Below, in pieces: positions 29,743 to 39,004 of a stretch of 64,000 nucleotides of DNA (positions are counted from its first letter, which is position 1; each line of letters starts with the position of its first letter). The DNA comes from Thermodesulfobacteriota bacterium. Its GTDB lineage: Bacteria > Desulfobacterota > Desulfarculia > JACQYL01. A program made the position numbers and the translations under genes. The notes under the pieces were generated by a model, which had not been told where the DNA came from, did not search any database, and saw nothing but the letters and a program-made list of their open reading frames with translations. The DNA is taken from NCBI GenBank assembly GCA_963675595.2, contig CAXXLZ010000002.1, forward strand, positions 2,976,001 to 3,040,000, in the 5' to 3' direction.

Positions 29743-30758
29743 GCCAACGTCCGATTCACGAAAGCGCTCAACTTCTTCAATTCGTCCATCAGTTCCTTAA
29801 AGGCCTCCGGCCTGAGAGATTGTTCCCCGTCGCTCATCGCCTTTTCAGGGTGTGGGTGCATCTCCACCATGATCCCATCGGCTCCGGCAATCAACGCCGC
29901 TTTGGCCATACTCGGCACATATCTCCGGTTGCCCGTGGCATGGCTCGGATCCACGATCACCGGGAGATGAGACTTTTCCTTCAAAACCGGCACGGCACTG
30001 ATATCCAGAGTATTTCGGGTGGCTTTTTCGAAAGTCCGGATACCTCGCTCGCATAGAATCACATCCTCGTTTCCCTCGGACAGAATGTACTCGGCGGACA
30101 TGAGCAGCTCCTCCAAAGTACAGCTCATGCCTCGCTTGAGGAACACGGGCTTTTTCGCCTGGCCTAGTTCCTTCAGAAGAGCGAAGTTCTGCGTGTTGCG
30201 CGCCCCCACCTGAAGAATATCCGCATACCGCACTACGAGCTCCGCGTCACGAGGATTCACCACTTCCGTCACCACGGGAAGACCGTACGCCTTCCCCGCT
30301 GCCGCCAAGATCTTCAATCCCTCTTCCTCAAGACCCTGGAAACTGTACGGAGATGTTCTCGGCTTGAAAGCACCGCCTCTCAGAATCGTGCCCCCGCACT
30401 CCTTAACCACTTTGGCCGATTCCATCATCTGATCGTAGTCCTCCACCGAACACGGCCCGGCAATCACGGTAAATCCATCACCGCCGATTTCCGTACCGTT
30501 CACTTTCACCACCGTCTCTCGGTCATGAGTTGTTCGTCCGGCCAGCTTGTAAGGCTCCAATACGGGCATCACCTTATCCACGCCGGGCAGCACTTCCAGT
30601 TGACGCAGCATGAACTTCCCCCTCTCGTCACCCATCGCGGCCACAACCTTGCGGGAATCCCCCTGAATCAGGCTCGTGCGGTAACCCAATGCGTGAACTT
30701 CTCTAATTACGGTCTGTACCTGTTCTTCAGGCGCGTTTTCACTCATTACGATGATCAT
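29739..30758 (-). CDS. aroF: DAHP synthase, type I-beta with N-terminal regulatory domain
   Basis: IAGPCSVE, GGAFKPRTSPYSFQG, GARN, LKRG, CERGIRTF, DPSH, SDGEQSL. Confidence 0.93.
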   Translation of the reverse strand: MIIVMSENAPEEQVQTVIREVHALGYRTSLIQGDSRKVVAAMGDERGKFMLRQLEVLPGVDKVMPVLEPYKLAGRTTHDRETVVKVNGTEIGGDGFTVIAGPCSVEDYDQMMESAKVVKECGGTILRGGAFKPRTSPYSFQGLEEEGLKILAAAGKAYGLPVVTEVVNPRDAELVVRYADILQVGARNTQNFALLKELGQAKKPVFLKRGMSCTLEELLMSAEYILSEGNEDVILCERGIRTFEKATRNTLDISAVPVLKEKSHLPVIVDPSHATGNRRYVPSMAKAALIAGADGIMVEMHPHPEKAMSDGEQSLRPEAFKELMDELKKLSAFVNRTLA

Positions 30759-30814
30759 CTGTCTCTCCTTTTTAGGTTCGTTCCCAATTGCTCGGCCCCT
30801 CCGGGCGGGGACCG

Positions 30815-30848
30815 AAAAAAAGGGCCGTGGAGACTCCCACGACCCTTT
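30815..30848 (-). terminator. Second (downstream) attenuator terminator of the aro operon leader
   Basis: Minus strand AAAGGGTCGTGG-GAGTCT-CCACGGCCC-T7. Confidence 0.8.
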
Positions 30849-30854
30849 CTCAAC

Positions 30855-30894
30855 AAAAAAGGCCGTGGGCTTTTCCTCGCCCACGGCCTTTTTT
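30855..30894 (-). terminator. First attenuator terminator of the aro operon leader
   Basis: Minus strand GGCCGTGGGC-GAGGAAAA-GCCCACGGCC-T6, a perfect 10-bp stem. Confidence 0.85.
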
Positions 30895-30912
30895 CTTATT
30901 TATATCAAGAGG

Positions 30913-30981
30913 TTATGGCTGTGGGCAGCGGCTGAAAAAATAAAAATAAAAGAAGAAGCCAAACCCCTGACCGCCATTCAT
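30913..30981 (-). CDS. Phe/Tyr-rich attenuator leader peptide MNGGQGFGFFFYFYFFSRCPQP
   Basis: 7 Phe and 2 Tyr in 10 codons, AAGGA upstream, immediately 5' of the terminators and aroF. Alternative in-frame ATG at 30999. Confidence 0.85.
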   Translation of the reverse strand: MNGGQGFGFFFYFYFFSRCPQP

Positions 30982-31037
30982 TACTCGTTCCTTTGCCATT
31001 ACGACTTACGACTCGCTTTCCCGGATATTTTGGACAG

Positions 31038-31067
31038 AGCTTAGACGCTCTAAAACGGACAAGTCAA
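31038..31067 (-). promoter_or_regulatory. Putative sigma70 promoter of the aro leader
   Basis: TTGACT-N18-TAAGCT on the minus strand. Confidence 0.5.
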
Positions 31068-31088
31068 GAACATTTTTCCAGGGGAGAA

Positions 31089-31547
31089 TCAATCCTCACC
31101 CAAGACACGCTCTACATCCAACAACAGCCGCACTCGATCTTCGGTTCGAGCGATTCCCATAATATAGTCCGTTTCAGACCCTGAGTCCAGTGGAGGCCTT
31201 TCCTGTATCTGATCACTTTCCACTTGAACAACCTCGGAAACCGAATCCACGACCACCCCGACCATATCTCTCTCACCGTCTTGCATCAACACCTCGACCA
31301 CGATGATGCAGGTGCGTTCGTGGTATTCCTCCTCAGGTAAACCGAAGCGGGAACGCAGGTCCATCACCGGAACCACCTTGCCCCGCAAATTCACAACGCC
31401 CTTAATATAAGACTCGGTCTGAGGAACGAACGTAATGTCGTGCAGGCCGATGATCTCTCTAACTTTGGTAATCTCAAGTCCGTACTCTTCATTTGCCAAA
31501 CGGAAGGTCAGATATTTGCCTTCCAAGTCCTTTACGGCCTTTTCCAT
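31089..31547 (-). CDS. cheW: Chemotaxis coupling protein CheW (orphan)
   Basis: KYLTFRLANEEYGLEI..VREII, GVVNLRGKVVPVMDLR, GVVVDSVSEV. Confidence 0.92.
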   Translation of the reverse strand: MEKAVKDLEGKYLTFRLANEEYGLEITKVREIIGLHDITFVPQTESYIKGVVNLRGKVVPVMDLRSRFGLPEEEYHERTCIIVVEVLMQDGERDMVGVVVDSVSEVVQVESDQIQERPPLDSGSETDYIMGIARTEDRVRLLLDVERVLGED

Positions 31548-31675
31548 GTTCCCACCGTTACCACCCATTATGCACCTCCCGGGTGCCGACGACCGACCGG
31601 ATCAGCGCACACCTTCCTAAGCCTGACCGAATCGTCGACTTACGGAGCGCGTCACCTCCCGACCCCGTCACCATT

Positions 31676-32143
31676 TCATCCCACACCGGACAAGATCTTC
31701 CGAACAGTGGAAACCATGTTTCGGTAATGGGTTCCAGGCCAGTAGACTCGCCCGCACGACGGACAACGCCGAAATTCAAGATGTGTGTGGTAGACGTATT
31801 CAGGCACCGATTCCCGCACTTCAGAAGGCGTCGCCTTGTCCAATCGCACATTGCACGTACTGCAGAGACCAAACCCCTCCGACCCGTCCACCCGGATCAA
31901 ACCCTTCCGGATCAATTCCTCGATTTGATCCGCCGCCAAGTCACTCTTAAGAAAGATGACCTTCCCACATCCCAGTCCGGAAAATCGCTTTCCTTTGGTC
32001 AGAACCGTCCGACCTTCCTTCAAGTAACCCCGCACAGCCGACTCGTCCATCCCTGGGTCGAACACCGTATCATAACCCAAGATTCTCAACCACTTCGCCG
32101 TACGACCCAGCATCCTGTCCGCGGCGAACCGAGTTACGCTCAT
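31676..32143 (-). CDS. Mut7-C RNase-domain protein
   Basis: DRMLGRTAKWLRILGYD, CSTCN, CPSCGRVYWPGTH. Confidence 0.85.
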   Translation of the reverse strand: MSVTRFAADRMLGRTAKWLRILGYDTVFDPGMDESAVRGYLKEGRTVLTKGKRFSGLGCGKVIFLKSDLAADQIEELIRKGLIRVDGSEGFGLCSTCNVRLDKATPSEVRESVPEYVYHTHLEFRRCPSCGRVYWPGTHYRNMVSTVRKILSGVG

Positions 32144-32910
32144 TTCTCTATGAATAGGTCCGGTATTTCAAGTGCGAATTGCTCAGCCCCAATCTTCGGA
32201 TTCACCATCACCTTCCTAAGTCGGATGTCCAAAGCCGCCAAATGCACGGGCAATTCAACCAAAATCTCTTCGGGCAAAAGCTCTCCGTCCATCTCCATCG
32301 ACCCTTCGTACGTTACTTCAAAGCGCGGCGTACCCCCCTCACGAAGTTCAAAGCCTTCCACGGGACCCTCCATCGAGCGCAACCGAATTTCCTGCTCCAA
32401 TTCCTCAACCCCGGTACCCCACAAAACCACGCGGACATGCCCGTCCTTCATGTTTTCCAGGCAGCTCATTCCGTCGAACTCAATCGGCCTCACGCCTCCG
32501 TAGAAAGTCGAAGAAAGCTGATCCAAAGGAATCTCCAAATCGCCGCCCAAGTTGACCCATCCGCCTCCGGCGTCCTTCCTCGAAAAGGTCCCTTCCGTGA
32601 AATCCAAAATCGTAACCTTCCCGGGAACCGAGGAAACAAACACAACCGGATCACCGGTAGGCAGAAACAGCTTGACCAAGCCGTAGTCGGGCCCCAGAAA
32701 AGCGCCCACCATGCGTAATCGGTGCTCATTGGTCATGGACCGCACCACCATCTCCCCCATGACCACCAGGGAATGAAATCTCCCGTTTCTCGCTTCCACG
32801 ACTTCAAGCGCCCGCGGGCCGTCACATCCAACTCTCCGAGAGACGCCCAGCCAACCGCAACCGGGCAAAAGCAGCAGGATCAGGAACCAATGCCACTTCG
32901 CCGGAGTCAT
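32140..32910 (-). CDS. Putative lipoprotein (LolB/LolA-like fold possible)
   Basis: LLLPGC lipobox-like signal; downstream of the TPR gene; fold call is inference. Confidence 0.5.
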   Translation of the reverse strand: MTPAKWHWFLILLLLPGCGWLGVSRRVGCDGPRALEVVEARNGRFHSLVVMGEMVVRSMTNEHRLRMVGAFLGPDYGLVKLFLPTGDPVVFVSSVPGKVTILDFTEGTFSRKDAGGGWVNLGGDLEIPLDQLSSTFYGGVRPIEFDGMSCLENMKDGHVRVVLWGTGVEELEQEIRLRSMEGPVEGFELREGGTPRFEVTYEGSMEMDGELLPEEILVELPVHLAALDIRLRKVMVNPKIGAEQFALEIPDLFIEK

Positions 32911-34721
32911 CAGTTAGAGCCTCCCTCCTTTTCCTGCTCCATTCTCATTTCCAACTCTCGAATCTTCGACTCGACGCGTTCCCGATCTCCCTTTGAGAAT
33001 TCCAACGCCTTCCGATACATTTCCAAAGCTCGATCCAGTTTCCCCAATCCAACCAGGGCATCTCCAAGATGTTCCGTGATTATCGGATCCTCCGGTACCA
33101 TCGCCGAGGCCCTTTCCAGCTCCCCTACCGCCTCTCGGTACTTCCCCTTCCGATAGAGCACCCATCCTAAGCTGTCTACGATGTATCCGCTGTCCGGACT
33201 TTGCTTCAGGGCCTTTCGGATCATTTGTTCAGCTTCATCTAGTTTGATTCCCTGATCGGCATACGTATAACCTATGAAGTTCAACGCATTGGCGTTTTCC
33301 TCATCGATCTCGAGAATCCTCCACATAGGCTTAAGGCTCTCTTCAACGCGTTTAAGCTTCTCGTAGATCACGCCTTCCTGGAAAAGAAGGTCGATATCGT
33401 CCGGGTTCGCCTCCAAGCCCCTCTGCAGCACCTCAAGAGCCGCCTCGTGCCTTCCCAACTCACCCAGTAAATAGGAAAGGCCCATGATCAATCTCGGTTG
33501 ATCGGGATGATCTTCCACGGACTTCTCAAGAACTTCCACGGCGCCGGATACGTTACCCTTCTTCCTTAAAAGGTTCGCCAGTTGAAGTCTCGCATTCACA
33601 TATTCCGGCACGTAGGAAGGAATCTTCCGGTAAACCGCCTCCGCCTCGACCAAGTCCCCTTTCTCTTCGTAGGCCACGCCTAAAAAGAGCAGCGCCTCGT
33701 AATCCTCCTCATCGGCTTCCACCAGATCCTGAAATTCCTTCACCGCAAGATCGTATTTCTTGGCCTCCAGCAAGGTAACGGCGATCTTTCTCCTCATCGT
33801 GGGATCTTCCTTGGATATTTCCCTGAGCTCCCTGTACACCTCCCGGGCCTTCGCTTCCTCCTTACGGCTCAGAAAAAGTTCTCCAAGGGCCAAGTAAGCT
33901 TGGTAATTCATAGGCGAGGAGTCGATAATCTCACGATAAATCCGTTCCGCATCCTCTTCTCTTTTCAGCGCAATATAGATTCCTGCGAGATCCATCATCG
34001 CAGGGACAAAACCGGGGCGCAACTCCAACACCCGCTTCATGCTTTCCGCTGCTGAATCAAACTGCTTTGTCCGCATGTAGATACGCCCCAAAGCATACGG
34101 CCCCGCCGCGTCCCGAGGATGCGTTTCAGCCAACCGCTGGAAAGTCTTGATCGCCATATCCGCGTCGTTCCGTTCCAGGTACGAATTCCCAACATACAGA
34201 AGCGCCTCCCTCTGGTTGGGGTCGATCTGCAATACCCGTTCATAATACCGGAGCGCTTCATCATGTCTGCCCTGGCTGGAATGGATCCCCGCAAGAAACA
34301 AGAGGGCGCGAGTGTCTTTAGGATTCTTCTCCACAGCCCGTTCCGCATGTGCCAGCGCGGCCTCAGGATCGCCCATACGCCAAGCGCGTTGCGCATACTC
34401 GATCTCCAGGAAAGCCGAACCGGGATCCATTGAGATCGCCTGGTCCAATTCTTTCCCGGCAAGCTCCACCTCTCCTCGATTCAAGGCCAGCTCGGAACGT
34501 AGGTAGTGATAATAGGCCCCCTTTATCGGAGACGATTCCTCGCTCTCGATCACCCTGACATCAAGCCCTTTGGGTGGGAGAGGTTTCACTCCACCACAGG
34601 AGGAAAATCCCATCACCACGATCACGAGGATCAGCCACGCCGATGCGATCGATTTCAAAGCGCTCCCTTTCATACTCCAAATTCTACTTTCGGCGTCTCG
34701 CCGTTCCGGCATCATTCCCAA
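32910..34721 (-). CDS. Tetratricopeptide-repeat lipoprotein (start uncertain)
   Basis: FSSC lipobox, many TPRs, ALNFIGYTYAD..DSLGWV..EHLGD. Confidence 0.88.
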   Translation of the reverse strand: MGMMPERRDAESRIWSMKGSALKSIASAWLILVIVVMGFSSCGGVKPLPPKGLDVRVIESEESSPIKGAYYHYLRSELALNRGEVELAGKELDQAISMDPGSAFLEIEYAQRAWRMGDPEAALAHAERAVEKNPKDTRALLFLAGIHSSQGRHDEALRYYERVLQIDPNQREALLYVGNSYLERNDADMAIKTFQRLAETHPRDAAGPYALGRIYMRTKQFDSAAESMKRVLELRPGFVPAMMDLAGIYIALKREEDAERIYREIIDSSPMNYQAYLALGELFLSRKEEAKAREVYRELREISKEDPTMRRKIAVTLLEAKKYDLAVKEFQDLVEADEEDYEALLFLGVAYEEKGDLVEAEAVYRKIPSYVPEYVNARLQLANLLRKKGNVSGAVEVLEKSVEDHPDQPRLIMGLSYLLGELGRHEAALEVLQRGLEANPDDIDLLFQEGVIYEKLKRVEESLKPMWRILEIDEENANALNFIGYTYADQGIKLDEAEQMIRKALKQSPDSGYIVDSLGWVLYRKGKYREAVGELERASAMVPEDPIITEHLGDALVGLGKLDRALEMYRKALEFSKGDRERVESKIRELEMRMEQEKEGGSN

Positions 34722-34853
34722 CCGCCTGTCCTATCCTACGCCTCGATCCAGGCAACTCGCTTTTCACGCCCCTCAACCGGCGTTTCCCAAAAAGCCCATC
34801 CGGTCCCAACAATGAAAGCAGGGTCACAAAACCCACCACTCACTGAGCGGCGG

Positions 34854-35831
34854 TTACTTGCCCTCCCCTTGACCTCCATATTCCTGACCGAGTTCAGGAG
34901 CATGTTCATCAAGATACGCCCGAATCTTCTTGATCAGCCTGGATTGTATCTGCCTCACTCTCTCTCTCGAGATGTCGTACTTTTCGCCTATGGCCTGCAG
35001 GGTGCTCGGTTCTTCGGCAAGCAGACGCTCATCCATGATGACTAATTCCTTGTCTTTGAGCGTGCTTCTGAATTCCTGTAGGCGATCACGGAAAATCTGC
35101 ATCGTCTCGAGCTCGGAGAGTTCTTCGTCCACCGCAGTCTGCTCGGCCGGCAGGAAGTCCTTGTGTTCATCGTCGGAGTCCGCCTTAACGGGAGATTCCA
35201 AAGATACGTCCCAGGAACTCAGCCGCTGGTCCATCTCAATAATCTGATCGGGGCGAACATCCAGCGTCTCTGCCAGCAACTTGGGAGTCGGTTCGAACCC
35301 CAAATACGCCAACCGATCTTTCTCTTTGTTCAAATTGAAAAACAACTTCCGCTGGACCTGTGTGGTGCCGATCTTGACCAGCTTCCAATTGTCCATGATA
35401 AAACGAAGGATGTAGGCCTTGATCCAATAAGACGCGTAGTAAGAGAACTTGATCTCCCGGTATGGATCGAACTTCTTCACCGCCTGAATCAGCCCGATGT
35501 TACCCTCTTGAATCAAGTCAAGGAGATTCTGCATCCAATATCTTTGAAAATCCAATGCAATCTTTACAACGAGCCGCAGATTGGCCGTGGTCAGTCGATA
35601 AGCCGCCTCCATGTCCTGATTCTCATAGTACCGTACGGCGAGGCTTTTTTCTTCTTCCGGGGTAAGCAGCTTGTATTGGTTGATTTCCCAGAGGTAACGT
35701 CGCAAAGGATCAAATGGGGCCGGCGGAGAATGAGCATGCCCCGAGTTCGAAGCAGCCTTTTGTTCCTTCGGCTTCCGGGCCTTCCCCTCTGAATTCTTAG
35801 GATTCTTTTTCTTTTGGGCCTTTTTCTCCAT
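34854..35831 (-). CDS. rpoH: RNA polymerase sigma factor, RpoH/sigma-32-like
   Basis: ANLRLVVKIA, DLIQEGNIGL..AVKKFDP, RpoH-box-like KIGTTQVQRKLFFNL, SRERVRQI. Confidence 0.85.
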   Translation of the reverse strand: MEKKAQKKKNPKNSEGKARKPKEQKAASNSGHAHSPPAPFDPLRRYLWEINQYKLLTPEEEKSLAVRYYENQDMEAAYRLTTANLRLVVKIALDFQRYWMQNLLDLIQEGNIGLIQAVKKFDPYREIKFSYYASYWIKAYILRFIMDNWKLVKIGTTQVQRKLFFNLNKEKDRLAYLGFEPTPKLLAETLDVRPDQIIEMDQRLSSWDVSLESPVKADSDDEHKDFLPAEQTAVDEELSELETMQIFRDRLQEFRSTLKDKELVIMDERLLAEEPSTLQAIGEKYDISRERVRQIQSRLIKKIRAYLDEHAPELGQEYGGQGEGK

Positions 35832-35962
35832 GTCGAATTCACATGCTCCGCTTCAAAAAGGGGTCAATAAAATAATTCCCCGCTGGTAACCCACCTTCTT
35901 TCGAATACGCTTCGTTTTCCACCCGCAACCGCACGAGGACATCACGGACGATAAACACAAAA

Positions 35963-35990
35963 AGTCTATCCGCATTTGCAGCATAGTCAA
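35963..35990 (-). promoter_or_regulatory. Putative sigma70 promoter upstream of rpoH
   Basis: TTGACT-N16-TAGACT on the minus strand. Confidence 0.4.
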
Positions 35991-36137
35991 GCACAACGCC
36001 CGCTCATTCGAAATCTCGACCTGCGGATCGGCAGAAAGCAAAAGCCGACTCCGCGGCCCTCGGCCCCGATCGTCGGCTTTTTGCAGACTGCCGAATGAGG
36101 CACCTAATCGGCGCTCCCACACGGTTTCAACATGCCG

Positions 36138-36743
36138 TTACTGAGGGAAGACCCCACTGAAGGCGGAAACGGCGCTGATGCCGTCCGCCGAGAAACCGGC
36201 AGTTCCTTCCTTCACATAGATTGGAAAGGAAAAGGAAGCAATCCCGGTCCACCAAGCCTCAAGCTGTTCCATGAGACCGATGTTCTTCTCTTTCAGCTTG
36301 AATCCTCCGGTAACCCCGAGACTCAGCAGACTCGTCCGGGCGTCGAAGACCGCAATCACTCGATACTGGCTGGTCTTCCCTGCGGGAACCCACATCGTCT
36401 CATAGGTGTTCACCGTGTTCAATTCAAATTCCTCAAAGGCCACGGTGAACTTGAAGGTTTCCATTTCCACCGGATACTCGTTGGGATTGGTCACATCGAA
36501 GACAAACGCCAGAACCAGAGGCGCACCACGATCCGCAGCAGGGCCCTTGGTGGGTTCGATCTTCTTGCTGTAATAATACCATCCCCAGTAGTTCGCCACT
36601 TCCACGTGATCCAACGTCACTACCGGAGTCTTGAAGTTGCTTTCAGAAGGTTTGACCGGAACACATCCCGTTACAGCCACCAAGACAAACATCAGGGCGA
36701 CCGAGAGTACAGCGCCCATCACGGGTAGTCTATTTCTTCCCAT
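36138..36743 (-). CDS. Lipoprotein with LEA_2-like domain
   Basis: VTGC lipobox; VTNPN motif. Confidence 0.6.
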   Translation of the reverse strand: MGRNRLPVMGAVLSVALMFVLVAVTGCVPVKPSESNFKTPVVTLDHVEVANYWGWYYYSKKIEPTKGPAADRGAPLVLAFVFDVTNPNEYPVEMETFKFTVAFEEFELNTVNTYETMWVPAGKTSQYRVIAVFDARTSLLSLGVTGGFKLKEKNIGLMEQLEAWWTGIASFSFPIYVKEGTAGFSADGISAVSAFSGVFPQ

Positions 36744-36765
36744 TTGAGCCTCCTCTTTACAGTTC

Positions 36766-37584
36766 CTACGTCAACCAGCGCTTTCGTCGTTTGTAATGCT
36801 TCACGTCGCGAAAGCTCTTTCTGCCTCCCACGTCCGTGAGCCCAAGATAGAAATCCTTAATGTCCGGGTTCTCTCGCAGCTTTTCAGCGTTGTCGTCCAT
36901 CACCACACGCCCGTTCTCCATAACATAAGCGTAAGGTGCCACGCTGAGAGCCAACTTCGCATTCTGCTCCACCAAGAGGAGAGTGATTGCCTGCTCGTGG
37001 TTCAGCCTTGTAATGATGTTGAAGATTTCATGGATCAACATCGGCGCAAGCCCCATCGAGGGTTCATCCAGCAAGATCAATTTGGGTTCCGTCATCAGCG
37101 CACGGCCCACCACCGTCATCTGCTGCTCACCCCCACTGATGAACCCCGCGGTTTCATTCCGTTTTTCCCTGAGCCGAGGGAAGTACCGGTAGACCATTTC
37201 GAGCCCTTCGCGCATGCTCGCTCGATTGGACTTCCTCAAGTGAGCTCCCACCTTGAGGTTCTGCTCCACCGTAAGGTGCTCGAACACCCTCCGTCCCTCG
37301 ATCACCTGAACGATCCCGCGTTGTGCGATCCGCTCCGCCGGCAGTCGATCGACCCGCTCGCCCTCGAACTCGATATTTCCATCGCTCACGGTGCCGTCTT
37401 CATGTTTCAGCAACCCCGAAATTGCTTTCAGGGTCGTGCTCTTTCCGGCACCGTTGGCCCCCAGCAAGGCCACGATCCCCCCTCGGGGCACCTCGATGGA
37501 TACTCCTTTGAGAACAAGGATAACCTCGTGGTATTTAACCTCGATGTTGTTGATTTTCAGGATCGCATCCGAAGTCGACGACAA
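36766..37584 (-). CDS. ABC transporter ATP-binding protein (LivF-like)
   Basis: GANGAGKST, SGGEQQM, LDEPSMGLAP, YKRRKRW tail. Confidence 0.88.
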   Translation of the reverse strand: MSSTSDAILKINNIEVKYHEVILVLKGVSIEVPRGGIVALLGANGAGKSTTLKAISGLLKHEDGTVSDGNIEFEGERVDRLPAERIAQRGIVQVIEGRRVFEHLTVEQNLKVGAHLRKSNRASMREGLEMVYRYFPRLREKRNETAGFISGGEQQMTVVGRALMTEPKLILLDEPSMGLAPMLIHEIFNIITRLNHEQAITLLLVEQNAKLALSVAPYAYVMENGRVVMDDNAEKLRENPDIKDFYLGLTDVGGRKSFRDVKHYKRRKRWLT

Positions 37585-37647
37585 CAGTTTCCCCTCCTTG
37601 GTGATTCGCCCGGACGAGACCGGTAAGAAGCCTTTTCCGCCTTCCGA

Positions 37648-38895
37648 TTACCAGCCGAGCCACTCCTTCTCCCATTTTTCGGGCCAACGCCCCTTCACAT
37701 CCACCTTTTCCAGGAGCTCGAAGGTCTTTCCTTTGTACTGATAGATATTCACCTGCCCGGCGGGCCTGTGGTCCGTTGCGGTGAAGGTCACGGGAGAAGC
37801 ACCCAACCCGATCTCGAAATCCTTCAAGGTTTCAAAACCATCCTTCAGGATGTCCGGCCCGGCCAAGGAGCCGGCCTTGTCGGCCCTTCTCATGGCTTCC
37901 GTCGCGATGATCACGTTACACCACCCCTGAACGGTCCGAATCAGACGCTTTTCCATGGGGATCCCGGGATTGTACTTCTTCGCGTATTCAACCACCTTGT
38001 CCATCAAAGGCACATTTTCACCGAAAAACGCACACGGAGCCACACCAATGGCGCCTTCGGCCGCCTCACCGGCCAGCCGCGGCAGGTTCTCGTCAAAGCC
38101 CCAGTTGTCGATGATGCTGTCGGCTTTCAGTCCGAGGGCATACATGTCCCTCAGAGTCGCCGCCACGCTCATAGTGGTATTACCGTGCCATACCACATCC
38201 GGCTTGAAGTCCTTCATGGCCAAAACCTGGCTCTTGGTGTCCAGCGCCAACAAAGATACGTCCTGATCTTCACCAATATCAAAACCCAACAGTTCCGCAT
38301 GGTTCTTAACCGCTTTAATGGGAGCGCTGCAGTAAGGAGATGCAAACATATAGCAGCACTGAAAGCGCGGTTTCCGTTTTCCATAATCCGGGTTCTTGGG
38401 CCAAATCTTGTCGAACCATGCCGTCAAAGCCGCACGAGCGTTGGTCGAGTAGTCGGTTGAGAAAAAGAGGTTATAGGGTGTTTTCGCCGGATCGGTCAGG
38501 TGAGCCGAGTAGGACGCGGACACGTACGGCATCTGATCCTTGGTAACGGTAGGCGACAAGGCTTCGGTATCTCCTGTTCCCCATCCCTGAATGAGCTTGC
38601 ATTTCAGCCGCTTAAACAAATTGTATTTGGTCAGAGCCTCTGGAATCCGGTAACCATAGTCAAACTGATATACCTTGATTTGTTTCCCGTTGATCCCTCC
38701 GGTGTCGTTCATGTAACGGTACGCTTCCGCCACCCCCAACGCGTAATCTTTGCCCACGTCGGACGTTGCTCCGGTCATGTCGTTCAGAGCACCGATGATC
38801 ACCTTGCTCGCCGCTGCCGGCCCTGAAAAACCCAGCACCAGTGCCAGAACCAAAACCGTGCTAACTAACCCCCTTAATCGCAATTCGGACTTCAT
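37648..38895 (-). CDS. ABC transporter substrate-binding protein (Liv/PBP1 family)
   Basis: Signal peptide; DMTGATSDVG, GGINGK, GWGTGDTEAL, DYS. Confidence 0.85.
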   Translation of the reverse strand: MKSELRLRGLVSTVLVLALVLGFSGPAAASKVIIGALNDMTGATSDVGKDYALGVAEAYRYMNDTGGINGKQIKVYQFDYGYRIPEALTKYNLFKRLKCKLIQGWGTGDTEALSPTVTKDQMPYVSASYSAHLTDPAKTPYNLFFSTDYSTNARAALTAWFDKIWPKNPDYGKRKPRFQCCYMFASPYCSAPIKAVKNHAELLGFDIGEDQDVSLLALDTKSQVLAMKDFKPDVVWHGNTTMSVAATLRDMYALGLKADSIIDNWGFDENLPRLAGEAAEGAIGVAPCAFFGENVPLMDKVVEYAKKYNPGIPMEKRLIRTVQGWCNVIIATEAMRRADKAGSLAGPDILKDGFETLKDFEIGLGASPVTFTATDHRPAGQVNIYQYKGKTFELLEKVDVKGRWPEKWEKEWLGW

Positions 38896-39004
38896 ATACC
38901 CCCCTCTGTCCCGGATGGTTTGCTGCGTCCTGGTCAATCCCTTCACCTTCTTCAATCTCCCTGTTGTTTCACCTCCTTTCTCGGTTCTTCTCCGATGAGC
39001 TCCA

